Of a stretch of 64,000 bases of DNA, positions 38,541 through 49,200 are shown piece after piece (the stretch's first letter is position 1; every line of letters starts with the position of its first letter). Position numbers and translations under genes: made by a program. Where the stretch lies: contig CAVRCI010000001.1 in assembly GCA_963719495.1 (NCBI GenBank), positions 192,001 through 256,000 on the forward strand, given 5' to 3'. This stretch comes from an uncultured Verrucomicrobiae bacterium. Lineage in GTDB: Bacteria; Verrucomicrobiota; Verrucomicrobiia; Chthoniobacterales; JAATET01. The notes below the pieces were generated by a model. That model searched no databases and was not told the DNA's origin. It was given only the letters and a program-made list of their open reading frames with translations.

Positions 38541-40991
38541 ATGCAAACGCATCATCTCCTGCCAAAACTCCTCGCCGTGCGCATCCCGCCCCCCCTCCGG
38601 CTTCCGCTCGTCCTGGCCGTTACGGCAGTCGCGTTGTCGGATTTCGCTCGCGCCCAGGACTCGACAACCTTCCCGGCGGACGAAGCCAACGTCCGCGAAC
38701 TCCTCCGCACCGGATCCTACCCGGAAGCCCTCGCCGCCGCCGAACGCTCCGCCCGCTTCCCCGATCATCCGATCCAGCGGGCGCTGTTGCTCCACCACGC
38801 GATGACTCCCCTCCGTCCGCGCGACCGAGCCCTCGGCCAACTCTACGCCGCCGTCCGCAACCCGACCGACCTCGCCAACGCGACGCCCGACTCCCTCATC
38901 GCGCTCGGCCGAGCCCGCCTCCTCCTCGGCGACGACCCGCGCGAGATCATCCGCCAATGCTACGATCCCGCCAAAGCCGCGGCCCCGAAAGATCCCGCCC
39001 CGCTGATCGCCATCGGCGACCTCGCTCTCGCCAAGCGGGACGACCACCTCGCCGCGACCCACTACCGCGCGGCCCTCGCCCTGCTTCCCGCCAACGCACC
39101 CGACCCCGACGTCCTCGCCCGCCTCGCCCGCGCCCTCTCGCCGACCAACCCCCGCGCCACCGACGACACCCTCGCCGCCGCGCTCACCGCCGATCCGACC
39201 AACCTCCCCGCCCTTCAGCTCCAGGCCGAAACTCTCATCGCCCGCGACCAATTCGACGAAGCCCGCGCGGCCATCGCCAGAATCCTCGCCGTCAATCCCC
39301 ACCACGTCGCCGCCCACGCCCTCACCGCCGCCATCGCCCAACTCACCGGCGACTCCGCCGCCATGGCCGCCGCCCGCGCCCGCGCCCTCGCGCCCTGGCC
39401 GGGCAGCCCCGAACCCGACCTCCTCATCGGCCGCACCCTCGCCGCCCAGATCCGCCCCGCCGAAGCCATCGAATTCCTCCGCCTCGCCCTCCGCGCCGAC
39501 CCCAACAATCTCGAAACCAACTTCCTCCTCGGCTCCACCCTCCTCCGCTTCGGTCGCGAGCCGGAAGGCTGGCCCTTCATCGAAGCCACCTTCGACGCCG
39601 ACCCCTACCACGTCGCCGCCTTCAACCTGCTCGAACTCCGCGACCGCACCGACCGCCACACCACCCTCGAACGCGACGGCATCCGCCTCCGCATGGACCC
39701 GACCCAGGCCACCGTCTACGGCCAACGCGCCCTCGACCTCCTCGCCCGCGCCCGCGACACGCTCACGGCAAAATACCGCACCGCCGTCCCGAATCCCGTC
39801 ACCGTCGAGATCTACGCCGACCAGCGTGACTTCGCCATCCGCACCTTCGGCGTCCCCGGGGGCGAGGGCTTCCTCGGCGTCTGCTTCGGCCCCCTGATCA
39901 CCGCCAGCGGCCCCGGCACCAACCTCGGCCGCGCGAACTGGGAAGCCGTCCTCTGGCACGAATTCGCCCACACCGTCACGCTCACCCACACCCACCACCG
40001 CATCCCCCGTTGGCTGTCCGAAGGCATCTCCGTCCACGAGGAACGCCGGGCCGACCCCCGCTGGGGCTTCGCCCTCACGCCCCGCCTTCGCCAGGCCATC
40101 GTCGAGGATAAAATCCCGCCCATCGACAAGCTCGACGCCGCCTTCCGCACCGGCGACTTCCCGCTCGCCTACTACGTCTCCTCACTCGCCGTCGACTACA
40201 TCGTCGCCACCCACGGTTTCGATTCCCTCCGCGCCGTCCTCGACGACCTCCGCGCCCGCCGCCCGCTCGCCGAGTCCCTCGCCGCCCGCCTCGCCCCGCT
40301 CCCCGACCTCCGCGCCGGCTTCACCGCCTACGCCAAAGAAATCACCACCGCCGCCGGCCCCAACCTCGATTGGACGCCCCTCACCGAATCCGACCAGGAC
40401 GCCATCGTCAACAACCCGGACGCCTGGCTCCAATCCCATCCCACCAACTACTGGGGCCTCACCGCCCACGCCCGCCACCTCGTCGAAAACGCCGACCACA
40501 CCACCGCCCGCCCCCTCCTCGAGCGCCTCGTCGACCTCTACCCCGGCAACCACGACGACCCCAATCCCCGCGCCCTCCTGGCCACCGTCTACAAACACCT
40601 CGACCAACCCGACCGCGAGCGCCGGACGCTCGCCGACCTCAACGCCCTCGACGCCGGCAACCTCCCCGCCCTCCACCGCCAACTCGAACTCACCACCGAT
40701 CCCGTCGAAACCGCCAAAATCACCGAAGCCCTCCTCGCCATCGACCCGCTCAACCCATTGACCCACGCCTCCCGTGCCGCCAACGCAACCCTCACCCCGA
40801 CCCAGCGGGATTCCGCCTTCACCGCCCTCCTCGCCCTCGGCCCACCCGACGAAGCCCGCACCCGCTACGACTACGCGCAATTCCTCCGCCCCACCGACCC
40901 GGAGCGATCCCGCCGCCAAGTCCTGAAGGCCCTCGAACAAACCCCCAGATACCGAGCCGCCCAAACCCTTCTCTTAGATCTCCAAAAATGA
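38541..40991 (+). CDS. Secreted TPR protein with peptidase MA-like zincin domain
   Basis: Signal peptide, TPR repeats, LWHEFAH (HExxH), PRWLSEG. Confidence 0.82.
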   Translation: MQTHHLLPKLLAVRIPPPLRLPLVLAVTAVALSDFARAQDSTTFPADEANVRELLRTGSYPEALAAAERSARFPDHPIQRALLLHHAMTPLRPRDRALGQLYAAVRNPTDLANATPDSLIALGRARLLLGDDPREIIRQCYDPAKAAAPKDPAPLIAIGDLALAKRDDHLAATHYRAALALLPANAPDPDVLARLARALSPTNPRATDDTLAAALTADPTNLPALQLQAETLIARDQFDEARAAIARILAVNPHHVAAHALTAAIAQLTGDSAAMAAARARALAPWPGSPEPDLLIGRTLAAQIRPAEAIEFLRLALRADPNNLETNFLLGSTLLRFGREPEGWPFIEATFDADPYHVAAFNLLELRDRTDRHTTLERDGIRLRMDPTQATVYGQRALDLLARARDTLTAKYRTAVPNPVTVEIYADQRDFAIRTFGVPGGEGFLGVCFGPLITASGPGTNLGRANWEAVLWHEFAHTVTLTHTHHRIPRWLSEGISVHEERRADPRWGFALTPRLRQAIVEDKIPPIDKLDAAFRTGDFPLAYYVSSLAVDYIVATHGFDSLRAVLDDLRARRPLAESLAARLAPLPDLRAGFTAYAKEITTAAGPNLDWTPLTESDQDAIVNNPDAWLQSHPTNYWGLTAHARHLVENADHTTARPLLERLVDLYPGNHDDPNPRALLATVYKHLDQPDRERRTLADLNALDAGNLPALHRQLELTTDPVETAKITEALLAIDPLNPLTHASRAANATLTPTQRDSAFTALLALGPPDEARTRYDYAQFLRPTDPERSRRQVLKALEQTPRYRAAQTLLLDLQK

Positions 40992-41872
40992 ACGCCAAGC
41001 GTGAACCGGGGGAAAACAGGCATCCTGCCTGTCGCGTCGGGGTTGCCTTCGGCGGTCTCCGCTCCGCTACGGCTCCAGCCCGACGCCTCGCCCAAACCGG
41101 CGCAGCCGCACTCCTCCTTCTCACGACCCTCCCCCCAAAAACCACCCAAGCCACCCCGGAAATCACCACCGACCGAGGCGGCACCCCCACTTGGAAGATC
41201 GACCCCCAATTCCTCGGCGAAGCCTTCACCTTCGTCCGCCTCCGCCCCCGCAACCACTCCGCGTGGCGCACCGACTTCCCCGACGCCGACATCAACTTTC
41301 CCTACCGCCTCCATCAACTCACCACCATCCTCGTCAACCCCGACCCCGTCGTCATCGAGGTCACCGACCCCGCCCTCCGCGACTACCCCTTCGTCTACAC
41401 CGCCGAACCAAGGACCCTCGACCTCCAACCCGACGAAGTCGAAATCCTCCGCGACTATCTTCTCAACGGCGGATTCCTCCTCGTCGACGACTTCTGGGGC
41501 GAATCCGAATGGGCCAACGCCTACCGCAACCTCGAGCTCATTTTCCCCAACCGCGAGCCCGTCGATCTCCCCCTCGACCACCCGATCTTTCACTCCGTCT
41601 TCGACCTCGAACGCAAACCCCAGATCCCGGACATCGAGACCGCCATCCAGGGCCGCTCGCAAGGCATCACCTGGGAAAAAGACGGACGCGATCCGCATTA
41701 CCAAGCCTGGTTCGACGACGAAGGCCGCATGATGGCCCTCCTCTGCCACAACACCGACCTCGGCGACGGCTGGGAACGCGAGGGCGAGAACGAATGGTTC
41801 TTCCACGAATTCTCCGAGAAGCAAGCCTACCCCATGGGCATCAACATCGTCTTCTACGTCCTAACCCATTAG
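40988..41872 (+). CDS. DUF4159 domain protein
   Basis: WRTDFPDAD, YLLNGGFLLVDDFWG, HPIFH, NTDLGDGWE; ATG overlaps the upstream stop. Confidence 0.85.
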   Translation: MNAKREPGENRHPACRVGVAFGGLRSATAPARRLAQTGAAALLLLTTLPPKTTQATPEITTDRGGTPTWKIDPQFLGEAFTFVRLRPRNHSAWRTDFPDADINFPYRLHQLTTILVNPDPVVIEVTDPALRDYPFVYTAEPRTLDLQPDEVEILRDYLLNGGFLLVDDFWGESEWANAYRNLELIFPNREPVDLPLDHPIFHSVFDLERKPQIPDIETAIQGRSQGITWEKDGRDPHYQAWFDDEGRMMALLCHNTDLGDGWEREGENEWFFHEFSEKQAYPMGINIVFYVLTH

Positions 41873-41875
41873 CCG

Positions 41876-41975
41876 CTCTTTCTCTTAATCCTAATCTTTA
41901 TCGCTCTCCCAAACGCACCGCCGCCGGACATTCAATAACGAGACGAAGACAAAAAATAAGATTATGGGAAAGAGG
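41876..41975. repeat. Inverted pair of degenerate 6-mer arrays (CTCTTA/TAAGAG type)
   Basis: ctctttctcttaatcctaatctttatcgctctc ... gagacgaagacaaaaaataagattatgggaaagag. Confidence 0.55.
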
Positions 41976-41979
41976 GTGA

Positions 41980-42032
41980 AAATCCGAATTCCCGCATCCC
42001 AATTTCGAATTCCTCATTTCAAATTTCCCATT
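41980..42032. repeat. Degenerate 7-mer array (ATTTCAA/ATTCCCC type)
   Basis: aatccgaattcccgcatcccaatttcgaattcctcatttcaaatttcccatt. Confidence 0.7.
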
Positions 42033-42040
42033 CATCCAAA

Positions 42041-43027
42041 ATGACCACCGACCAACAAACCCTCGAACGCCTCCTCCACGGCCGCACCCAGATCCGCGCC
42101 GAACTCGCCAAGGTCATCGTCGGCCAGCACGACGTCATCCATCAGCTCCTCATCGCGCTCCTCTCCGGCGGCAACTGCCTCATCACCGGAGCCCCCGGCC
42201 TCGCCAAGACCCTCGTCATCCGCACCCTCGCCCGGGTTTTTCACCTGAAGTTCCAGCGCATCCAATTCACCCCCGACCTCATGCCCGCCGACATCACCGG
42301 CACCGAGATCCTCCGCGAGACCCCCGACGGCCAGCGCGAACTCACCTTCGTCCCCGGCCCCATCTTCGCGAACATCATTCTCGCCGACGAAATCAACCGC
42401 ACCCCGCCAAAAACCCAGTCCGCCCTCCTCGAAGCCATGCAGGAACGCCAGGTCACCGTCGGCGGACGCACCCACCCCCTCGACCCACCCTTCTTCGTCC
42501 TTGCGACCAAGAACCCCATCGAGATGGAAGGCACCTACCCCCTCCCCGAAGCCCAGCTCGACCGCTTCATGTTCGACGTCCTCATCGACTACCTCCCCGA
42601 AGACGACGAAGTCACCGTCGTCGCCCAGACCACCTCCACCCGCCCGGAACCCGTCCAGGCCCTCTTCACCGGCGAGGACCTCCTCGCCTTCCAGAATCTC
42701 GTCCGCCGCGTCCCCATCGCCTCCGACGTCATCCGCTATGCCGTCCGCCTCGCCGCCGCCAGCCGCCCCCACCAACCCGGCACCCCCGCCTTCATCAACG
42801 ACTGGGTCAGCTGGGGAGCCGGCCTCCGCGCTGCCCAATTCCTCGTCCTCGGAGCCAAAGCCCACGTCCTCCTCGAAGACCGCACCCACGTCACCCCCGC
42901 CGACATCCGCCACTTAGCGCTCCCCACCCTCCGCCACCGCATCCTCCCCAACTACCGAGCCGAAGCCGAAGGCATCACCCCCGAAAACATCATCACCCGC
43001 CTAACCGCCGAAATCAAACCAACCTAA
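42041..43027 (+). CDS. moxR: MoxR family AAA+ ATPase (second paralogue)
   Basis: GAPGLAKT, QFTPDLMPAD, LADEINR, NPIEMEGTYPLPEAQLDRF. Confidence 0.95.
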   Translation: MTTDQQTLERLLHGRTQIRAELAKVIVGQHDVIHQLLIALLSGGNCLITGAPGLAKTLVIRTLARVFHLKFQRIQFTPDLMPADITGTEILRETPDGQRELTFVPGPIFANIILADEINRTPPKTQSALLEAMQERQVTVGGRTHPLDPPFFVLATKNPIEMEGTYPLPEAQLDRFMFDVLIDYLPEDDEVTVVAQTTSTRPEPVQALFTGEDLLAFQNLVRRVPIASDVIRYAVRLAAASRPHQPGTPAFINDWVSWGAGLRAAQFLVLGAKAHVLLEDRTHVTPADIRHLALPTLRHRILPNYRAEAEGITPENIITRLTAEIKPT

Positions 43028-43081
43028 CTCCACCCTAAATCCACAGCCACCACCCAACGGCCGCGCCCCACGAAACCCCCC

Positions 43082-43122
43082 ATCCAAAACCCTGTCATGT
43101 TGAGCGAAGCGAAACATCTCTG
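43082..43122 (+). repeat. Short dispersed repeat TGTCATGYTGAGCGAAGCGAARCATCT, copy 2
   Basis: Matches 33532-33571. Confidence 0.85.
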
Positions 43123-43183
43123 ACTTACACTCCTCACCTCACCTTCACGTAACGAACCCACCAACCCACCCAAACCCAATCAA

Positions 43184-44095
43184 GTGCCCGCCGCCCACGA
43201 CCCCGCCACCCTGATGCGCATCCGCAATCTGGAACTCCGCGCGCGCACCGTCATCGACGGCCTCTGGACCGGCATCCACCGCAGCGACACGCACGGCTTC
43301 TCCGCCGAATTCGCCGAATACCGCCACTACCAACCCGGCGACGACATCCGCACCCTCGACTGGAAACTCTACGCCCGCTCCGACCGCACCTACGTCCGCC
43401 GCTACGAAGAAGACACCTCCCTCAGCTGCACCCTCCTCGTCGACCGCAGCCGCTCGATGAACTTCACGTCTCTCACCTACACCAAAGCCGACCTCGCCCG
43501 CACTCTCGCCGCCACCTTCGCCCTCTACCTCCGCGGCCAGGGCGACGCCACCGGCCTCCTCACCTTCTCCGACCAGGTCCACGATTACCTCCCCCCCTCC
43601 ACCCGCCCCGCCCAGATCCACGCCCTCATCCTCGCGTTGGAAAGCGCCAACTCCGGCACCTCCACCGACCTCACCCAACCCCTCGAGCGCATCGCCGCCC
43701 TCATCCGCCGCCGCAGCCTCGTCATCATCCTCTCCGACCTCCTCGTCCCCACCGAAGCGCTCGAACACCGCCTCTCCCTCCTCGCGGCCCGGGGCCACGA
43801 AGTCGTCCTCTTTCAAATCCTCGACCCCGCCGAAATCAACTTCACCTTCGCCGACGCCACCATCTTCGAAGACCTCGAGACCGGCACCCACCACCCCACC
43901 GACCCCACCACCGTCCGCGACGCCTACCTAAAAAACTTCAACACCCACCAAACCACCCTAAGCCAACTCTGCCAACGCATCGGCATCACCCACCACCTCT
44001 TCCCCACCGACCAACCCTTGGCGACCGCCCTCTACCAATACCTAAAAACCCGCCAAACCCACCGAAGGATCCGCCGAACGTCCAACAAAGCCTAG
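43184..44095 (+). CDS. DUF58 family protein
   Basis: EFAEYRHYQPGDDIRTLDWK, DRSRSM, ILSD. Confidence 0.92.
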   Translation: MPAAHDPATLMRIRNLELRARTVIDGLWTGIHRSDTHGFSAEFAEYRHYQPGDDIRTLDWKLYARSDRTYVRRYEEDTSLSCTLLVDRSRSMNFTSLTYTKADLARTLAATFALYLRGQGDATGLLTFSDQVHDYLPPSTRPAQIHALILALESANSGTSTDLTQPLERIAALIRRRSLVIILSDLLVPTEALEHRLSLLAARGHEVVLFQILDPAEINFTFADATIFEDLETGTHHPTDPTTVRDAYLKNFNTHQTTLSQLCQRIGITHHLFPTDQPLATALYQYLKTRQTHRRIRRTSNKA

Positions 44096-44109
44096 CCAGC
44101 CGCCCTCGA

Positions 44110-44144
44110 GGAGCGGCGATTTGCAATCGCCGAACCAACCCAAC
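44110..44144 (+). repeat. REP-like palindrome family B (GAGCGGCGATTTGCAATCGCCGA)
   Basis: Also at about 49626-49655 and 52183-52216. Confidence 0.88.
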
Positions 44145-44179
44145 GGCGAAGCCGCAAACCAAAAGCCTAAACACCCCCC

Positions 44180-46207
44180 GTGTCCTTCCTAACCCCATTC
44201 TTCCTCCTGGCAGGGATCGCAATAGCGATCCCCCTCATCCTCCATTTCACCCGTCACCGCCCAAAAAACGTCACCCCCTTCTCCGCGTCGATCTTCCTCC
44301 CCCCCGACCGCCCCACCCTCCGCAAGCGGCGTCACCTCGAGAATTGGCCCCTCCTCCTGCTCCGCTGCCTCATCCTCCTCCTGCTAGCCGCGGCCTTCGC
44401 CCGCCCCTTCTTCAACGACCCCATCACCACCCTCGACCCAAGAGCCAACCAGCGAGTCATCATCCTCCTCGACACCTCCGCCAGCATGACCGCCGGGGAA
44501 CGCACGCGTCCCCGCGTTCGGGATGCGACGTCCCGCCGCATCACTCGGCAAAGCGCCAGCGAGCCGTCCCTCGAAGCCGTCCGCCAAATCACAACCAACC
44601 TCCCGCCAACCACCGACCTAGCCCTCATCACCTTCGCCCGCCGCCCCACCACCCACCTCGACTTCGAGCAATGGCGCGCCATCCCGCCCCCCGACCGCGC
44701 CGCCCATCTCGAATCCCTCCTCGCCAACCTCGAAGCCACCGACGCCGCCACCAACCCCGGCGAAGCCCTCGTCGCCGCCAACGACCTCCTCGCCGCCTCC
44801 GCCAGCCCCGACCCCGCGACGATCCACCTGATCAGCGATTTCCAACAAACCGCCGACTTCGAAGCCGTCACGACCATCGACTGGCCCGAAAACGTCACCG
44901 TCCACCCCATCCGCGTCCCCCACGACACCGACGCCATCCCAACCCTCACCCTGGCCAGCGCCACCGAAACCGAGATCACCCTCATCGCCACCAACCCCGG
45001 CCCCGCAAACACCGCGACCCTCACCCCCACCAATCACCAGTCACCAATCACCTCTCACCAGCTCCCCATCCCCCCCGGAACCACCCCCATCACCTTCCCG
45101 GCGGACCTCACCACCGCCTCCTACACCGCCACCCTCACCGGCACCGACTCCCCCTTCGCCACCGTCTACGTCGCCCAGTCTCGCCCACCGACAATCGCCG
45201 TCGACTACCTCGGCACCGACGACCCCACGGACACCACCGCCCTCCTCTTCTTCCTCACCCGCGCCCTCGCCAATCCCACCCGCTTCACCACCAACCTCGC
45301 AATCAATCAACCCCGCGACGACGCCTTCACCATCATCGCCACCGACTTCACCGAACCCACCGCCGCCCCCCTGCGCACCCAGCTCCTCGCCGGTTCCCAC
45401 GCTCTCCTGCTCCTCCGCAATCGCGCCGACGCCCGTTGGATCGAGGCCCTCACCGGCGACTCCGCCACCGCCCGCGAAGCCGCCACACCCCAGTTCGCCC
45501 TCCTCACCGCCCTCGACTATACCGACCCCATCATCGCCCCCTTCGCCGACCCGAGATTCAGCGACTTCTCGAAAATCCACGTCTGGAAACACCGCGCCCT
45601 CACCGGCCCCGCCCTCATCGAAGCCACCACCCTCGCCAGCTTCGACGACGGCACCCCCGCCCTCCTCCGCATCCCGGTCGGAGAAGGCAGCCTCCTCGTC
45701 CTCACCACCACCTGGACCCCCGCCGACAGCCAGCTAGCCGTCTCCTCCAAATTCGTTCCCCTCCTCCTCTCCATCCTGGAAACCACCGCCACCCTCCCCC
45801 CCACCCAGCGCCAGTATCTCGTCGGGGAACGCACGCCTCCCGGCGTGCGAGATGCGGCGTCCCGCCGCATCACCCGGCAAAGCGCCGCCGAGCCGAACAC
45901 CGACACCCCCGGCCTCCACGAAACCCCCTCCTTCACCTACGCCGTCAACGTCGATCCCCGCGAATCCGACCTCACCCCCCTCCCCGAAGCCGCCCTCCTC
46001 GCCCTCGACCTCCCCACCGCCGAAAAGCAACCCGCCGCCACCAAATCCACCCCCGACCGCACCCGCCAACTCGCCCTTCAGGAGCTCGAAGCCCGCCACC
46101 CCCTTTGGCCCACTCTCCTCATCGCCACCCTCGCCGTCATCTTCGCCGAAACCACCCTCGCCACCCGCATTCAATCCGCAATCCGCAATCCGCAATCCGC
46201 AATCTAA
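44180..46207 (+). CDS. BatA-N-terminal/VWA membrane protein carrying in-frame repeat insertions
   Basis: MSFLTP..IPLILH..LLLLRCL..AFARP; MIDAS DTSAS; LISDFQ; AVNVDPRESDL; C-terminal TM. Confidence 0.85.
   Translation: MSFLTPFFLLAGIAIAIPLILHFTRHRPKNVTPFSASIFLPPDRPTLRKRRHLENWPLLLLRCLILLLLAAAFARPFFNDPITTLDPRANQRVIILLDTSASMTAGERTRPRVRDATSRRITRQSASEPSLEAVRQITTNLPPTTDLALITFARRPTTHLDFEQWRAIPPPDRAAHLESLLANLEATDAATNPGEALVAANDLLAASASPDPATIHLISDFQQTADFEAVTTIDWPENVTVHPIRVPHDTDAIPTLTLASATETEITLIATNPGPANTATLTPTNHQSPITSHQLPIPPGTTPITFPADLTTASYTATLTGTDSPFATVYVAQSRPPTIAVDYLGTDDPTDTTALLFFLTRALANPTRFTTNLAINQPRDDAFTIIATDFTEPTAAPLRTQLLAGSHALLLLRNRADARWIEALTGDSATAREAATPQFALLTALDYTDPIIAPFADPRFSDFSKIHVWKHRALTGPALIEATTLASFDDGTPALLRIPVGEGSLLVLTTTWTPADSQLAVSSKFVPLLLSILETTATLPPTQRQYLVGERTPPGVRDAASRRITRQSAAEPNTDTPGLHETPSFTYAVNVDPRESDLTPLPEAALLALDLPTAEKQPAATKSTPDRTRQLALQELEARHPLWPTLLIATLAVIFAETTLATRIQSAIRNPQSAI
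44495..44566 (+). repeat. REP-like family A copy, in frame inside a CDS
   Basis: Encodes GERTRPRVRDATSRRITRQSASEP. Confidence 0.9.
45824..45896 (+). repeat. REP-like family A copy, in frame inside a CDS
   Basis: Encodes GERTPPGVRDAASRRITRQSAAEP. Confidence 0.9.
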
Positions 46208-46209
46208 CG

Positions 46210-49200
46210 ATGCTCCCCGCCCTCCAAGCCCAACTTGCCGCCATCACCGCCCGCGCCCGCCTGCGCGCCCGCCGCACCACCGCCGCCCTCTGCGGCCTCG
46301 TCCTCGTCGCCATCGGCGTCGGCGGCCTTGCCCTCACCCTCACCACCGGCCTTCACCCCGGCTGGCTCCTCCTCACCCTCCTCGTTCTCGCCGCCGCCAG
46401 TTTCCTCGTCGTCCACCTCCACTCGAAAGCCCCCCCCACCGCCCGCGTCGTCCGCGAGATCGAGCGCAACCACCCCGAACTCCAAACCGCCCTCCTCGCC
46501 GCCACCGAAAACCGTCCCCAACCCGGCCAACCCCCCGACGACGACTTCCTCCGTCACCGCCTCGAACTCGCCCTCAGCTACGAAGCCGCCCACGGCGGCT
46601 GGGACGACACCGCCTCCCCCGGCCAACTCGCCCGCCTCTCCGTCGCCCTCTGGATCACCGCCGCCATCACCGCCGCGCTTTTCCTGACCTTCCTCGCCCT
46701 CGGTCTCCGGCGCACCATCCTCCCGTCCACCACCACGACCGCCGCCGACACCGGCCTCACCGTCGAACCCGGCAGCATCGAGATCGAACGCGGCACCCCC
46801 GTCGCCGTCCTCGCCCGCTTCGCCACCACCCCACCCGACCGCGTCACCCTCGAGATCGGCCCCGACGCCGACCACCTCACCCCCACCCGCCTCGACCGCA
46901 ACCTCGACGACCCCGTCTTCGCCACCACCGTTCCCCCCGTTCAAACCGACCTCGTCTACCGCGTCACCACCGACGCCGGACTCACCAGCCAGGTCCACAC
47001 CATCAGCGTCTTCGAATTCCCAAAAATCACCCGCCTCGACGCCACCCTCCAGCCCCCCGGCAATCCCGAATCCAATCCGCCCAAAACGATCGAAAACACC
47101 CGTGCCATCACCGCGCCCGAGGGCACCCTCCTCACCCTCACCATCACCACGAACCAACCCATCGCCGCCGCCGATCTCACGCCCGAAAAAGGCACCGCCA
47201 TCCCCCTCACCGTCGACCCCACCGCCCCCACCCGCCTCACCACCACCTTCGTCCTCACCCAATCCACCCGCTACACGATCGACCTCACCGACCCCGCCGA
47301 CCGCCGCAACCAGAAGCCCGAACGCTTCGACGTCAAAGTCACCAAAGCCGTCGTCCCGAAATTTGAAATCGCCCTCCCCCAGCGAGACGCCCGCGTCACC
47401 CCCATCGAGGAAGTCGCCTTCCAGATCGACGTCAAACACCGCGCCCCCCTCGCCGACCGCGGCCTCACGATCACCGTCGCCGACTCGCCCCCCGAGACCA
47501 TCGCCCTCGGCCCCGCCCCATCCGCGAAAACCCCCACCCCCATCCGCCACCTCCTCCGGCTCGAACCCCGCCACGTCCAGCCCAACGACCTCATCACCTG
47601 GTTCGCCTGGGCCGAAGACACCGCCCCCGACGGCACCCCCCGACGCACCGAGGGCGAACTCCAATTCACATCCGTCCGCCACTTCGAGGAAACCTTCCGC
47701 CGCCTCGAAGCCAACTCCCAGCCCGGCGAAAACCTCTGCGTCAAACTCATCAAGACCCAGAAGGAAATCGTCACCTCGACCTGGAACCTCCACCGCAACC
47801 CCACCCCGCCCCGCATCGACTCCGACGCCCCCCTCATCCGCGATTCCGAGCAGATCGCCATCGACATCGTCGACGAGCTCCAAACCATCCTCACCGACCC
47901 CCACGACCTCGTCATCCTCCGCGAAGCCCGCGAGGACATGACCGCCGCCCTCGCCACCCTCGGCTCCCTCATCGAAAGAACCGACCCCGACCTCATCTCC
48001 CTCGCGCTCGAATCCGAGACCCAGGCCCTCGCCAAGCTCCTCCAACTCTCTGGCAAGGATTGGCTCATGCTCGTCTCGAAAGACTCCGCCCCCGGCGACC
48101 CTCCCGGCCCCAGCCAATTCGACATCGACGTCGCCCCCATCGACGACCGCTACGAGGCCAACCAGGCCGCCACCGCCGAAGCCGATCCCGAAGGAGCCGC
48201 CGCCCGCCAGATCCTCAGCCGCCTCCGCGACCTCGCCAACCGCCAGAAAGACCTCAACGCCGCCATCAACGAACTCCTCATCGCCCTGCAACGAGCAAAC
48301 GACGAGACCGAACGCGAAGACCTCCAACGCCAGCTCGCCAAGCTCCGCCAGGAACAACTCGAAAACCTCGCCGAACTCGACCGACTCACCCAACCCCGCC
48401 CCGAACTCCGGGAGCAACCCCCAAAAACCGCCCAGCAATCCGAAATGGAATCCGCCCGCCGCGACCTCAACGCCGCCGCCGAAGCCCTCGAAAAATCCAA
48501 CCCCGCCGAGGCCCTCGCCAACGGCCGCCGAGCCGAGGAAAAACTCGAAGACCTCCGCCGCGACCTCGAAGCCCAGGCCGCCAACGCCTTCGCCGACGAA
48601 CTCCGCAACCTCCGCACCGCCGCCCGCGACCTCGCCGAAGAACAGCGCGCCATCTCCCAAGCCCTCACCGACACCCCGCCCCAATCCAGCCCGACCGAAC
48701 GCCAGCGCCCCGACCTCACCGACACCACCCCAGCCCCCACCGACCTCCCCGGTCGCCTCACCCGCCAGCGCGAGCAGCTCGCGAAAACCACCGCCGCCCT
48801 CGAATCCTTGGCTGAAGAAACGGCCCCCACCGAACCCCTCCTCGCCGACAACCTCACCGACGCCCTCCGCGAAACCGCCCGCGCCGGCACCGAGCAAACC
48901 CTCGAGCGAGCCAGCCGATTCAGCCAAGCCGGCAGCCCCACCTTCGCGAAAACCGCCTCCGACCAAGCCGCCGAATCCCTCGACCAACTCGCCGCCGACA
49001 TCGCGACCGCCGCCGCCAGCATCCTCGGCAGCGAAGAAAAAGCCCTCCGCTTCGCCCAATCCGAACTCGACCAACTCACCCAGCAAATCACCGAAAACAA
49101 TCCCAGCCCCCCCACACCCGGAGAGTCCCCCTCCCCCGGCCAATCCCCCGGCCCACCCGCCACCGCGTCCAACCCAGGCCAAGCTCCCTCCACCTCACCC

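Noticed and set aside
44344..46209. N-terminal 622 aa of the 1738-aa track ORF (and similar P/R/H-rich extensions at 40370, 49386, 49811, 54762, 56943)
   Set aside because: These are off-frame readings of C-rich upstream genes that lack stops; the real starts are downstream.
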